From: Trypethelium eluteriae
Taxonomy: Eukaryota
DNA length: 56,194 nucleotides
Assembly (NCBI GenBank): GCA_051942245.1
Contig: JAVECL010000092.1
Location: forward strand, 1 to 56,194
Direction: 5' to 3'
The translations under genes were made by a program, and so were the position numbers. Below the pieces are notes generated by a model. The model was not told the origin of the DNA and did no database searches. It saw only the letters and a program-made list of their open reading frames with translations. This document shows, piece after piece, positions 12,601 to 21,938 of the stretch. Within the stretch, counting starts at the first letter, position 1. Every line of letters starts with the position of its first letter.

Positions 12601-12832
12601 GACGTCGAATCCCGACCCGGAGATAAACCCGCCGATCAAGCTCGTGGAGTTTTTCGCACAAAAGTATGATCAAGTCGGCTCTACACTCAACCGCGATTAC
12701 ACTTCTGACATCGCTCAATCTCTTTCGCCGGCTCTGAGTCACGCAAAAGCTATAGATGCCAACCATGTTTCCAAGTTCATGGCGCATCTCAGATCTTTTT
12801 GGACTTCTCAGCAGTCCGCGAAGAGTTCATAG
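9680..12832 (+). CDS. NRPS-like A-T-R enzyme (fungal carboxylic acid reductase type)
   Basis: Adenylation motifs HSSGSTSLPK, LPLFHAHG, YGTTE, TKDLF and NGEK. Carrier serine in DLFAMGVDSL. Reductase domain TGSTGSLG and GYAQSK. Intronless, about 1050 aa from ATG 9680. Confidence 0.9.
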   Translation: MATSLASQAQSPFGQESLLSKPVEVELNRTDASPHTIDELICRRAVGPGCDDPIFAYASSGTEYMDYTPKQLNEFAIKAANFYATDIVPRQTSGSPVEVIALLGTSRLEYLATLLGISKLGHTVLFLSTRISEEAYTSLLTVTNATTILIDPAYAKVAAAVKSKLPDLEVRPLCTEPQLLAASSYPLQVCLDRDIEQSKVAWIIHSSGSTSLPKPIYQTHKAALGNYSINFGLRGFITLPLFHAHGLSCTFRAIHAKKKIYMYNASLPLANQHLIRTLKEHRDRRIFYGVPYALKLLGESEEGIKLLAGLEIVMFGGSACPKMLGDRLVAAGVQLVSHYGTTETGQLMTSFRARDDKDWDYVRPSEKLLPFLQMEPQGEVGLYELCVKEGWPSKVMSNRDDGTYATKDLFEAHPTTPNAWRYYARKDDTIVLVNGEKANPLLVEGIAREDYRVAEAIVFGSNKPRLGMFIIPSEAGVAFAEDDMINAIWPAIRDANIYMPAHGQLSKDMIKVLPYDANYRRTDKVTVIRAAFYNDFEKEIENVYRAVEKFEGTMLLSREQLILWLKSVIGDLIGLEDASVLQDTTDLFAMGVDSLQSTRIRTAIGNSISLGGKPLGQNIVFDFPTTAKLADEILRLQSDGEVRSVPSIEDRMKDMIKRHSCFEPHISLEGNPEGGESVVVTGSTGSLGAHIAAHLASLSTVKTVYCLIRASTKEVAAQRLGKSLHDRGIYDSVAPDSFKKVITIPSNFGDPKLGIGDDTYSELTNTISIVVHCAWSVNFNLALESFEQDCVGGTKNLIDLCLRAKRPKPASFNFCSSISTVVRTPVGETVPEALPASLSYAQSMGYAQSKLVTEHLCRVATEKTGITTRVLRIGQIIGDTRYGIWNPTEAIPLMLQTVDTIGALPLLDENSSWLPVDTVAQAISDVVLSSAEEPVVNIINHNTFHWTNELLPLIRATGLNFEGIDQRDWVRRLRTSNPDPEINPPIKLVEFFAQKYDQVGSTLNRDYTSDIAQSLSPALSHAKAIDANHVSKFMAHLRSFWTSQQSAKSS

Positions 12833-13125
12833 CTTTTGAATCCCGATCACGTTCTCCGATAAGGGACCATTAAAGGAGTCACGTACTTTGACGGCTGCTC
12901 GGGACGATCCGGGAGGACCCAAGTAACTTTTCAAGGTAAGAAATCGAAGTTGTGATTGACCCAGACTCTGTTGAGGCCTACCTGAAGGGGTATTGGTTAT
13001 CAATGCCGGGAAATTTGAAGCTTCAGGCCGATAAATAACTTCATTAAAAGTCTCTGGTTGGAAGCCACATTCATCGAAGTGCTCAAAGATTTCCTTAACC
13101 AAGGAGCCCGGGACCACAGAAAGTA

Positions 13126-13307
13126 CCTTACAGCGGCTGGGGGGTTTCCTCAACAGGTAATCAATACAATGTTATTTCGAATTCACTGTTAAGACCTTGT
13201 TGGTCTATATTAACACCGCCTTAACATGGGCCAACATGGTCAGAATAGTTGAACTGAGGTAACATTGTATTGATTACCTGTTGAGGAACCCCCCAGCCGC
13301 CGTAAGG
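13126..13307. mobile_element. MITE family A, copy 1 (182 bp, Tc1/mariner-type, TA target duplication)
   Basis: Imperfect terminal inverted repeats of about 50 bp (CCTTACAGCGGCTGGGGGGTTTCCTCAACAGGTAATCAATACAATGTTA / TAACATTGTATTGATTACCTGTTGAGGAACCCCCCAGCCGCCGTAAGG). TA at 13124-25 and 13308-09. No transposase. Second copy at 20967. Confidence 0.9.
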
Positions 13308-13492
13308 TAACAAGCACATCGTCTGGAACTAGAAGTGTTATGCTACTTGTGGAATGAGTAGACCATGGAGTGTCAGACTCAAACAGTAGATAATTATCTT
13401 GTTAGCTTTTAGCCGTCCATCAACAAGGGATATGCAGATTTATTAATTTGTTGTGTTTCCTCAGATAACGGCAAGTACCATCAATTAAAGTA

Positions 13493-13684
13493 CAGTAAAT
13501 ATTCGATATTACGTAATTCGATATAGCGAAATTATGCGATATTACGGAATTTTCACGGCGATTTGAGGGGTATTCTAACCCGGATAGGTATACGCTAAGC
13601 CATATTAGGCGATTTCTTAACGAATATTCGGTATAACGTACCAAATCTCCAGATCATTTCGTTCCTTATATCGAATATTTACTG
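13493..13684. mobile_element. MITE family B (192 bp, pogo/Tigger-like CAGT termini, TA target duplication)
   Basis: 17-bp perfect TIR CAGTAAATATTCGATAT...ATATCGAATATTTACTG flanked by TA (13491-92, 13685-86). Subterminal repeats of a TTCGATAT(T/A)ACG-like unit. Confidence 0.8.
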
Positions 13685-14905
13685 TACCCAAGTAAGTTAG
13701 AAAAACGCTAGACTCAAGATGGGATGGAGATCCAAGCTCAGCCGCAACTCAAACTTCCCAGCCACTTTTCAGACTGCTTAGCTACCTCTGCTTGTGGGAC
13801 TCAAGTCAGTGGTCAGGCCAGAGGCCGGGTCGCTCAGGTCATCGCTGACGCTCGGCTCACCTCTTCTCAGGACCCGATATTAGTCCTCGATCATATTGAC
13901 CAACTTCGTCTCGGGTCTATTGCAATTCCTGAAACTATGAGGTGGATATCTCATGGCCAATAATTCTTAGTGTATGTAGACATCTAAATTTGGAGATGGG
14001 TGCAGGTTTCCTCTGCTGCGCCATAACTAATTTGGATGATTTCGGGTTGATTCTCGATAGCACTCGCCATTTCAAAACGAGGAAGGATGGGCCTCTCATT
14101 ACGATAAGGTATCCTCATGACATTGTTCCCACAACTGGATCCCTTCGATGACTTAGAACCCCAAGCTCCTGAGTCCTCGGCCCTCAATATGGACCAATAT
14201 TTCAGTGATGTTGTTGTTACTGTAACGGAAACAGAGTGAATTGAGACTCAATTAGGTGTCTAAAGAAGTGAGCTCGCAGCCTTGATCTAATTCTCATCAT
14301 TTTGAGGGCGGAAGATAAATTACTACTACAATAGGCAATTTTTCGTAATGAGAATCGTCGGGCGAACCTCCAGGTGAGGCGGAAGTTTTTGTGCGCGAAC
14401 TTAGAGCTGGTGATGCAACATCACCCAGGAGTAAGTCCCACAAGAACGTCGTCGAATCTGCCAGGCGCTTGGGATGAAGATAGCGGAGTTCGAGGTCTGG
14501 CAGATCTTACGTGTGAGGGGGTCCCTAACGCTGCCGCTTTTCAACAGGTATGATTCCTTGTCTGTTCAAGAGTCTGAGTCTTTCAACACAGTATATAAGA
14601 TTGAAGAGATTATGAGCTCGTTCATGAACGCCACCCACACTTATAATCGTCAAGAAATCGCGTGGGGGGAATGTTTCAATTCCCGATATGATAATGAGCT
14701 CTTCCTGCGTTCGATGCCCTACGCACCCGGATAATCACCTACGCTTGAAGTCTATTAAAGTTGACACTTTGATATACGGTTTAGACGTAACTTTTTAAAA
14801 GGCAGGCTGAGCTGGATTCGATTTATTCATGATTGTGCAAGGAAAACACCCCTGTGATATGATAATTGTTGTTCAAAAATGGCGATATACTCGTGGCTAT
14901 TTCTA

Positions 14906-17900
14906 TCAATCAAGTGAAATCTGACTCGCCGACAGGTCGTGGGTATTGAATCTTTTTTTTAAACGATCAAGGTCCTCTTGAACTTCTTTGGTGAACTGAT
15001 CCTCGGGTCCCAAGACCTCTTCAAGCCCTCGAAACGCTTCTCGAAGATACTGAGCCGCTTCTTCTGCATCTCCGATTCCTGCAATTGCTTGCTCATGTAA
15101 ATTCATACCAAGCTGGCCCTTGGAGTAGAGCGTCCATGAGCTCATCTCACTTTGCCGCCTTTGAAATCCAGCCATTGCTTCTCTCAAGTATGCCTCCGCC
15201 TTTGGCAACAACAAAGTGTCATCTTTCTTACGATACGCCTCTGCGAGGTTTGTCATTGAAGCGAACGGGTGAACGCCGTGTTCGGATGAATCCAACTGAA
15301 TGCTTCTGCCTATATCAATCACATTCGTCCACATGCTTATCGCAATATCGTTGTCTCCTTGCTTGAAGTATATGTCGGCCATGTTATGGTAACAAGTCAG
15401 CGTCTCTTCGTTTTGTAGACCTAGTTCTGTTTCTGCGAGTCGCAAGACGTCTCTATAGATCGGAGACGCTGCTTGATAATCCCCGTTGTAGTTGAGCACA
15501 TATCCGGCGGTCTTCATTATCCGAATTCTTTGAACCACTGAGAGTCCTGGTGTTGAATTTAGACGCGAGTGAGCGCGGTTTCCAAACTGTCTCGCCAGAT
15601 CTTCAAGACCCTTTTCTACCAGATTTCTAGCAGCGCGTGCGAGAATCTCCAAGACCTCCTGGGTAGCGATATCGAACCGGTCCGCGTGCTCAATGACACA
15701 TATAGCATGAGGGAGGAACATCGACGCTTTTTCCCAATTCTCAGGTATGTGAACGTCGTCCCAGGGTGGAAACTTGATCCAGATGAAATGGATGGCTTCT
15801 CGGATCATTGCAAGTCGATCCTCCGGTGTGAGTCTATACCGGAGGAAGAGATGAGCTAGATCGTGAAAGGAGAACGTGCCATTTGCTTTGTTCCAACGGA
15901 GAAGCCCGACATCAAGTAGCCGATTGTACGCCTTCTTGAACGTGACGGTATCATGGGTAAGCTGACTTAGAGATGGGCATAACGCAAGGCTGTTGGAGTC
16001 GAGAATCGCATTGCCTAAAGCATTAGGCTCGAGAAAAGCTAAGAAATAAGCTAACTTGATTGCAAGCGGAGCTCTTCTTTCGAGTCTTGAGAAGGTTGCC
16101 TCGAAACTTTGCAAGACACCATTGGTAACGGTCGGGCTGGTAAACACCTGGCTTCGTTAACTGCTGTTGGAGCTATATCAGATGTTCATTACCTCAACTT
16201 TATTGACGTTTACATCCTTCAGCGTTTGCGTCAAAGTCTGGTTGAGAAATTTAGTATGCCTTGCCAACTGCTCAACGGCAATGGGGAGCTTGCAAGTTGA
16301 CTTGACGAGATCACGAGCAGTCGATTCCTCTAAATCGACGGAATCGTCACCAAGTTGTATGCGCAGGTAGTCCAAAACGTCCCAGTCGGACCACTCCTTT
16401 ATTTTCAGTATCTTTGATGTTGAACTTGCCAGAGTCATGGCGGCTTCCTCGCTTTTCGTTGTGATGATAATGTCTCCTGAACCCTCAAAGGGCATCAGAG
16501 GGCGGTAAGCTTCAAAATTGATCTCGTCTAAGTCGTCGAAGACGATGAGTACACGAGAATGAAGTTTTTCTCTTAGCCATGATTTGACCGTGTTGCAGTT
16601 AGCCATCACATTTCTTTCTCTCTGCCCTGTGAGTCTCTGTGCTACCATCGAGATCTGCTCACTGAAAGTCGCAACATTCCCGGCATCAACTGAAAAACAT
16701 ATGGAGTAGCTTTTGTGGAATCTTTGAACATATTGCAATGCCTGCCGGTTTATTAGCTTCTAAATCGTGATGCTGGGCGATAATTATGCTACGTACTAAT
16801 TGGGTCTTGCCGACCCCTGCAACGCCGAACACACAGACAATGTTCATACGCCCGTCAACTCTATCAGTCCCAAGTAGTTCGTGTAGCCTCGCCAGATCTG
16901 TTGCGCGTCCAACAAATTGTTCGGGTGGCAGAACGTATGTTGCTGTCAGCAGGTCTCTCTCCCTGAATATCAAGCAGAGCTCTTGTCAGTGTGAGAGATT
17001 CTTGCTCGGCGCGATTGTTAGCTGACCCGTGATAGATTGAACGGCTTGCAAATCCTAAGGACTCTTCCACTAGACGTAACAAATCCTGGTAGTGACGTTC
17101 GCCTCTATGGCTGAACTTGATCATCTCTCTGTGGTCAGCCTGGATTGGAATGATGTTCTCATTCCGCGAATAAATGCTGGCTTGGCTCTTATTAACAAGG
17201 GCTTCGCTTGCGTTTGTTTCACCGTGGACCTACAACAAGTCATTCTTATTATTCCACACTGGCTTTCGCTGATGTCAAAGAGGGCTAAGATCATACCCCG
17301 TGCCCCGGAGTCAACTTTTGCTCCACGCAGGTGATGAAAATAAGATCCTCCGAAAGTCTAGTTAGGGTTTCACGTAAAACATTTCCCATCTGAGAACCCG
17401 GTAGGAGATCCTGAAGAGTTCTCTGCATGGATGATTCCGATCGCGATGCAACGAGTGGTTTGAATCCTTCGATGGACATGCCTTGGTGAGGAGTCCCAAA
17501 GAATACTGCGCCACGCACAGCTGCTAAAGTTTGTGAGTAGCCACGCAGACTGTATCGCGATTCTAGCAGATGCAGCGCCTAGAATGTAGACCGATCAGCT
17601 TCTTTCTGTTTCAAAAGAGGTTCCTGAGCTCTCACGTATGTTATCACAGTCCCACCGAAACTGTGCCCGACAAGCAATAGCGGTCTGTGTATCGTCTACC
17701 AAGGTAAATCTGCAACTGTACCGAAATCCAAAGCCAGGAAAAACCTACCTCCGGAAATGATCGAATAAGCAGGATCTCTGAAATAAGCGCCGCTCCGTAG
17801 TCAGACAATCCTGAAGTAGAGGTATCCTTGTCAAGTCTTGCCTCGTAGCCAAATGTGAAGACACGAGCACTATCCAAATCAGGGCCAAGCCAATCTTTTG

Positions 17901-18400
17901 GCCAACATTTTCCATTAGGAGCGGTCCAGGAGCCCAGCGCATGACCGCTGAGGCCATGCACGAAGATGATACTACTTGCAATTAGCGAGCGGTCTGGGAG
18001 AAAGGCGAGGACTGACAGACTCGGCCGTCGGAAGTGCTCCTTCTGCAGGAAGATACAGTGTGGTGAGACCCAAACATGACGTCACGACGATTTCGTCATT
18101 TTCCTGAGAATCAGACTGGGGAAGGGAGTATGCTGCTGCTGAGTTTTGAGATAAGCACTCCAGTTGTTCAGGTATAGCAGAATCAAATGTAATGAGTCCA
18201 GTTTTCGATTGCACTCTTGGATAGCAAGAATCATAGAGGCAGTCCAGTCGAGAGGGATGTTTAGAAGTTAGATTTTGGAGCTCATCCGGAAGTTGCTCCT
18301 TCGTATATTTTCTCGGTATCCCTTGGACGCGAAAGACCCTTCTGCGAACCTCAGTCGCCCGAGGTGCATTAGATGCTTGACCTCCTTGCGTCGAAGCCAT
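14906..18400 (-). CDS. Fungal NLR-type protein: N-terminal domain + SesB-like alpha/beta hydrolase + NB-ARC + TPR
   Basis: Eight exons, introns 17972-18020, 17696-17748, 17579-17635, 17230-17296, 16963-17026, 16742-16796 and 16148-16192, all in frame. Hydrolase motifs DIIFVHGL, GHSFGG, FFGTPHQG and ADHREMIKF. NB-ARC motifs FVGR, GVAGVGKT, LIVFDDLD, IIITTK, LPIAV and FHDL. TPR-like repeats LGLQNEETLTCYHNMA and LGPEDQFT. Confidence 0.85.
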
Positions 18401-18947
18401 TGGCGCTGATGAAGCTTTGACCGATGGGGCTTCTCAAAGAAGAGGCTCTTATCGAGCCCTCAATCGATCAGCGGGTATGGCACGCTGATTAGGTAGTTTA
18501 GCAGGGAAGGATCGCACACAATGAAGCGTGGCAAACGATCCACAGAACGCAGACAGGGAAGAGCCGGAGATCGAAAGAGCTAGAGCAGACACAGACCCAG
18601 CTTATAAGAAGGATGCTTCTAATGATCCTCCTGTGTACGACCAAAAAAAGGCTGAAGATGCTCCGGGCTATACGGATCAGCCATCGATTGAGGAATGGAT
18701 GAGGGGTAATGAAATTGTTGACGCCTGAAAGTTGGGTTTAAGAAATTTGAGAAGACACCTGGACTACACTTCTCCGTGTGTGGTTTGCCTTAGGTTGAAC
18801 TAGAGCTTGTCGAATAGCAAAAGTGTCTACATGAGCAACGCTTCATTTAAGCTGCAGTCTATAGTCTTCCTATCCATCTTGTTATGTTCGTAGATTCCCT
18901 TGAAGTCTGTGTCATGCTTGCATGCTCGGATTCGCTTCGGTTCTCAG

Positions 18948-18966
18948 CACGTGACTGGAGCACGTG
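18948..18966. promoter_or_regulatory. Paired CACGTG E-boxes between the divergent NLR and DUF6601-like genes
   Basis: CACGTG at 18948-53 and 18961-66. Function is not demonstrated. Confidence 0.25.
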
Positions 18967-19489
18967 CCTTACGGGCTCGGCAGATCTACATTAGCCAGGT
19001 AAGTATAGCCTAATAGTTCATTAGTTACCTACTTAATACCATTACTTCTTTCCTCTTGGTACCTAGTTATAGTCAATTCAATGAGCATCTGTTGCGCAGC
19101 TCTGATAATCTGCAAGAGGCTGTAGAATGATCATCCACGAAAATAGGATACGACTGCTTCATAGCTCTGCTTCACGCTCAACGTCAGAAGTTGGAGTGGT
19201 GAATGATTGCGGAAGAACATGGCTTGGGTGGCATTACAGACATTTCCCCTTGACTGTAGAGCTATGTACCCTCCGTGCCGTACAGATGAAGAGGGGTTGG
19301 TATTGTCAGGTAAAGCACGGAAAGGCTCCGTGCTCGTGGAATAATCTTGGAATGACGTAATATGTCAGCTAGATCCGCCAGCCTCATGTCGAGCAGCATA
19401 GTGGCATTAGAGCGCCATAATACTACGAATGTGCAGTGACTGTTCTCAGCATCTTGATCAACATCACGGAATGTACCTTTCTTATACTC

Positions 19490-20458
19490 ATGAAAATGCA
19501 GCAGCCAACGTTCTGTGACCATCTCAACTTCAACAAGTACCAGCCCTCACCAACTTCATTCCCACCATCAAGCCTTCCGGGTTTTCCTTGTTTACTGATC
19601 AGAGATGTATCTGTGCTTTCTCAATTCTTCAATCAAGAGCTTTGGTGCAAGGACCTGGATCAAATTTCACGCTATTTGTGGATGATGTCTTCACAATCCA
19701 GCGCGAACATCTCCGCGCTCCATCACCAAAGGGTTAAGGGCCGAGAGGTAATCTTAACTGAGGATCCAAAGCTGCACCTGATTTGGAGATACGATCGAAT
19801 CTACCTGAAGCCTGTTCCGGAATATTTACTCTGTCCCCATATATGGAAGTCAGTCCTTCTCAATCCCGAAGCCCTTCTTGAAGATAAAAGAGACATCGTT
19901 TGCACCTCGGCGCTTGGTTTCTTGCGAACATATGCTTATCTGATTCGTCACGAGTCCGATTTGCGCATTGCAAAAACCAGGGAGCTGATACCACCTTTCG
20001 TTACGTGGCACCAATGGTGTCTATTGAGGATGGATCTTCTCAAAATCGAAGACAGCGAAGTTTCGCCAAGATATCGCTTTGGCGAGATCCGATTGACGCG
20101 ATTAAACTTCTACGTCAAGATTCTGCTTCGAAAGAGCCACTACCATCGTGTGCATCAACAGTATGGAGAATACTTCGCCAGCTTCTACGCTCCGATACTA
20201 TTCATATTCGGTGTTGTCTCGGCGACGCTCAGTTCAATGCAACTTGTTGCGACAGTGGAGCAAATCGACCAACGTTGGTCATTTCTGACTGGCCTATTTC
20301 GAGGATTCAGTATCACGATTATTGTGATCACGTTTCTGTTGATGTGTGCTTTGTTGATATTACTCCTGGTCAAGATTGTTGCCGAATGGAGACATGCTTT
20401 GCGCGTTCGTCTCTATCAGAAGGACAAGGATGCATGGACTAAGCCTTATGAATCATAA
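19490..20458 (+). CDS. DUF6601-like fungal protein with C-terminal transmembrane helices
   Basis: Motifs ISALHHQRVKGREVILTEDPKLHLIW-RIYLKPVP, ALGFLRTYAYLIRHESD, RYRFGEIRLTRLN, followed by hydrophobic helices. Confidence 0.8.
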   Translation: MKMQQPTFCDHLNFNKYQPSPTSFPPSSLPGFPCLLIRDVSVLSQFFNQELWCKDLDQISRYLWMMSSQSSANISALHHQRVKGREVILTEDPKLHLIWRYDRIYLKPVPEYLLCPHIWKSVLLNPEALLEDKRDIVCTSALGFLRTYAYLIRHESDLRIAKTRELIPPFVTWHQWCLLRMDLLKIEDSEVSPRYRFGEIRLTRLNFYVKILLRKSHYHRVHQQYGEYFASFYAPILFIFGVVSATLSSMQLVATVEQIDQRWSFLTGLFRGFSITIIVITFLLMCALLILLLVKIVAEWRHALRVRLYQKDKDAWTKPYES

Positions 20459-20966
20459 TTTAAACCACGAAAAGAGGCTGACAGGGTAAATTCAAGGTCT
20501 TGCTGCAGAGGGATGTTTTCATTACTTCTATGATAATGACTTGTGTTTCTTGAAGAAGCCCCTAATTATGAGATCATGAACTGGTTTTAATGTCATCATT
20601 AATGTGATTGATGCACAAAGTAGAACCGCGCAATTTGAAGTTGGATCATATCTTATACATTAACAGATATTTGAGAATATTGATAGATAGACAGCTGAAA
20701 ACAATTCTTTCAACAAAAGAATTAAACAAATGATTAAATAGATTATAATGAAAGTTCTATAGGTTTAAACAATTTAATACAAGAATAAATGATGGAGATG
20801 AATACTAGTGACTTAAATATCTAAGTATGGACAGAATTCACGGACAAATAAGCATACATAGTGCCGCCTATTCTGCTGAAGCTTTTTTAAGCAGTCTAAA
20901 TGGGTAGCAAGGATGTAGACTAGCGAGGGATTTTGCGTCCTCGTCCTTGTGTCCGTTCCATAAGTA

Positions 20967-21147
20967 CCTTACAGCGGCTGGGGGTTTCCTCAACAGGTAA
21001 TCAATACAATGTTATTTTGAATTCACTGTTAAGACCTTGTTAGTCTATGTTAACACCGCCTTAACATGGGCTAACATGGTTATAATAGTTAAACTGAGGT
21101 GACATTATATTAATTTCCTGTTGAGGAACCCCTCAGCCGCCGTAAGG
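20967..21147. mobile_element. MITE family A, copy 2 (181 bp), same orientation as copy 1
   Basis: Colinear with 13126-13307 (12 substitutions and a 1-nt indel by manual alignment). TA at 20965-66 and 21148-49. Confidence 0.9.
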
Positions 21148-21518
21148 TACATACCTACAGCTGCCAAATACGGAATATAATGTTAGTACATTGCTTTATA
21201 AAAGCAGCGAAAGATCTGTTCCAAGAAGAGGGCCAAGACATTAAGGCCCAGAATCATCCTCGCAGTATCTGGTGGCAGGGTTCATTTCGATTGGTCCAGC
21301 TACAATCTTTATCGTCGATGTTCGAGGTAAATCATCCAATAAGGCCCCGCGATATGTTCCTAAGAGGGGTTGCCACATACGCTCTCATGTTTTAGTGATT
21401 ATCGGCGTGCTCATTGGAAGCTAAGGTATATGGAGTACTCTCTACATTGTTTTTTTGCAATTCTAACCTGTCTAGGTCTTTCACCTCTTTGTACGGCGGA
21501 CTCAGTACTCTGCCACGG

Positions 21519-21883
21519 CTACCTCCGCGCATAACGCAGGGTAATTGCCACCATGATTGTTGTGCCAATGACACTAAGACCGTTGACAACTGTATTCGTT
21601 ATTGTCCAGCTACTAACTGGCGCCTCTGAAAGCCGGTCAGATCTGTCGTTCTTATATGTTCGATGGGAAAGGACATACGTTGATTGACTTTTGCCTCAGC
21701 TCCGACCAAATTTCGAGCATTGACTCCCAGCTCTTCAGCAAGAGCTGCGCATAGGAGTGTTGTTGTTAAGCGTTGAAGATTGGTCACTGGAGGTGATGAT
21801 AACTAACCCTGAGCATCCCCCGCCGATAGAGTATAGTTCCCCGGCTTGAGTTCTCCTTTCCGGATTGCGGAAAGGGCAACCAT
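21519..21883 (-). CDS. Putative 82-aa three-exon microprotein with a C-terminal hydrophobic helix
   Basis: CACAATGG start. Exons 21808-21883, 21679-21744 and 21519-21625. Introns GTTAGT..CTTAAC..CAG (63 nt) and GTATGT..CTGAC..CAG (53 nt) join in frame. TATAAA about 95 nt upstream. Confidence 0.7.
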
Positions 21884-21938
21884 TGTGGACAAATTTTGCG
21901 TTCGGAGATGAAGTGCTCTTTTGTTAGTTCAAATAGGC

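Noticed and set aside
12827..13153. 108-aa minus-strand ORF starting inside MITE copy 1, possibly an interrupted gene
   Set aside because: Its start comes from MITE sequence, and removing the element gives no recognisable protein.
20826..20962. Possible third degenerate inverted-repeat element (TATGGA...TCCATA) abutting MITE copy 2
   Set aside because: Only about 6 bp of clean inverted match, too weak to call.
13126..21147. Autonomous transposon, Starship or LTR element interpretation of the island
   Set aside because: No DDE transposase, tyrosine recombinase, gag or pol seen. The repeats are self-complementary TIR elements, not LTRs.
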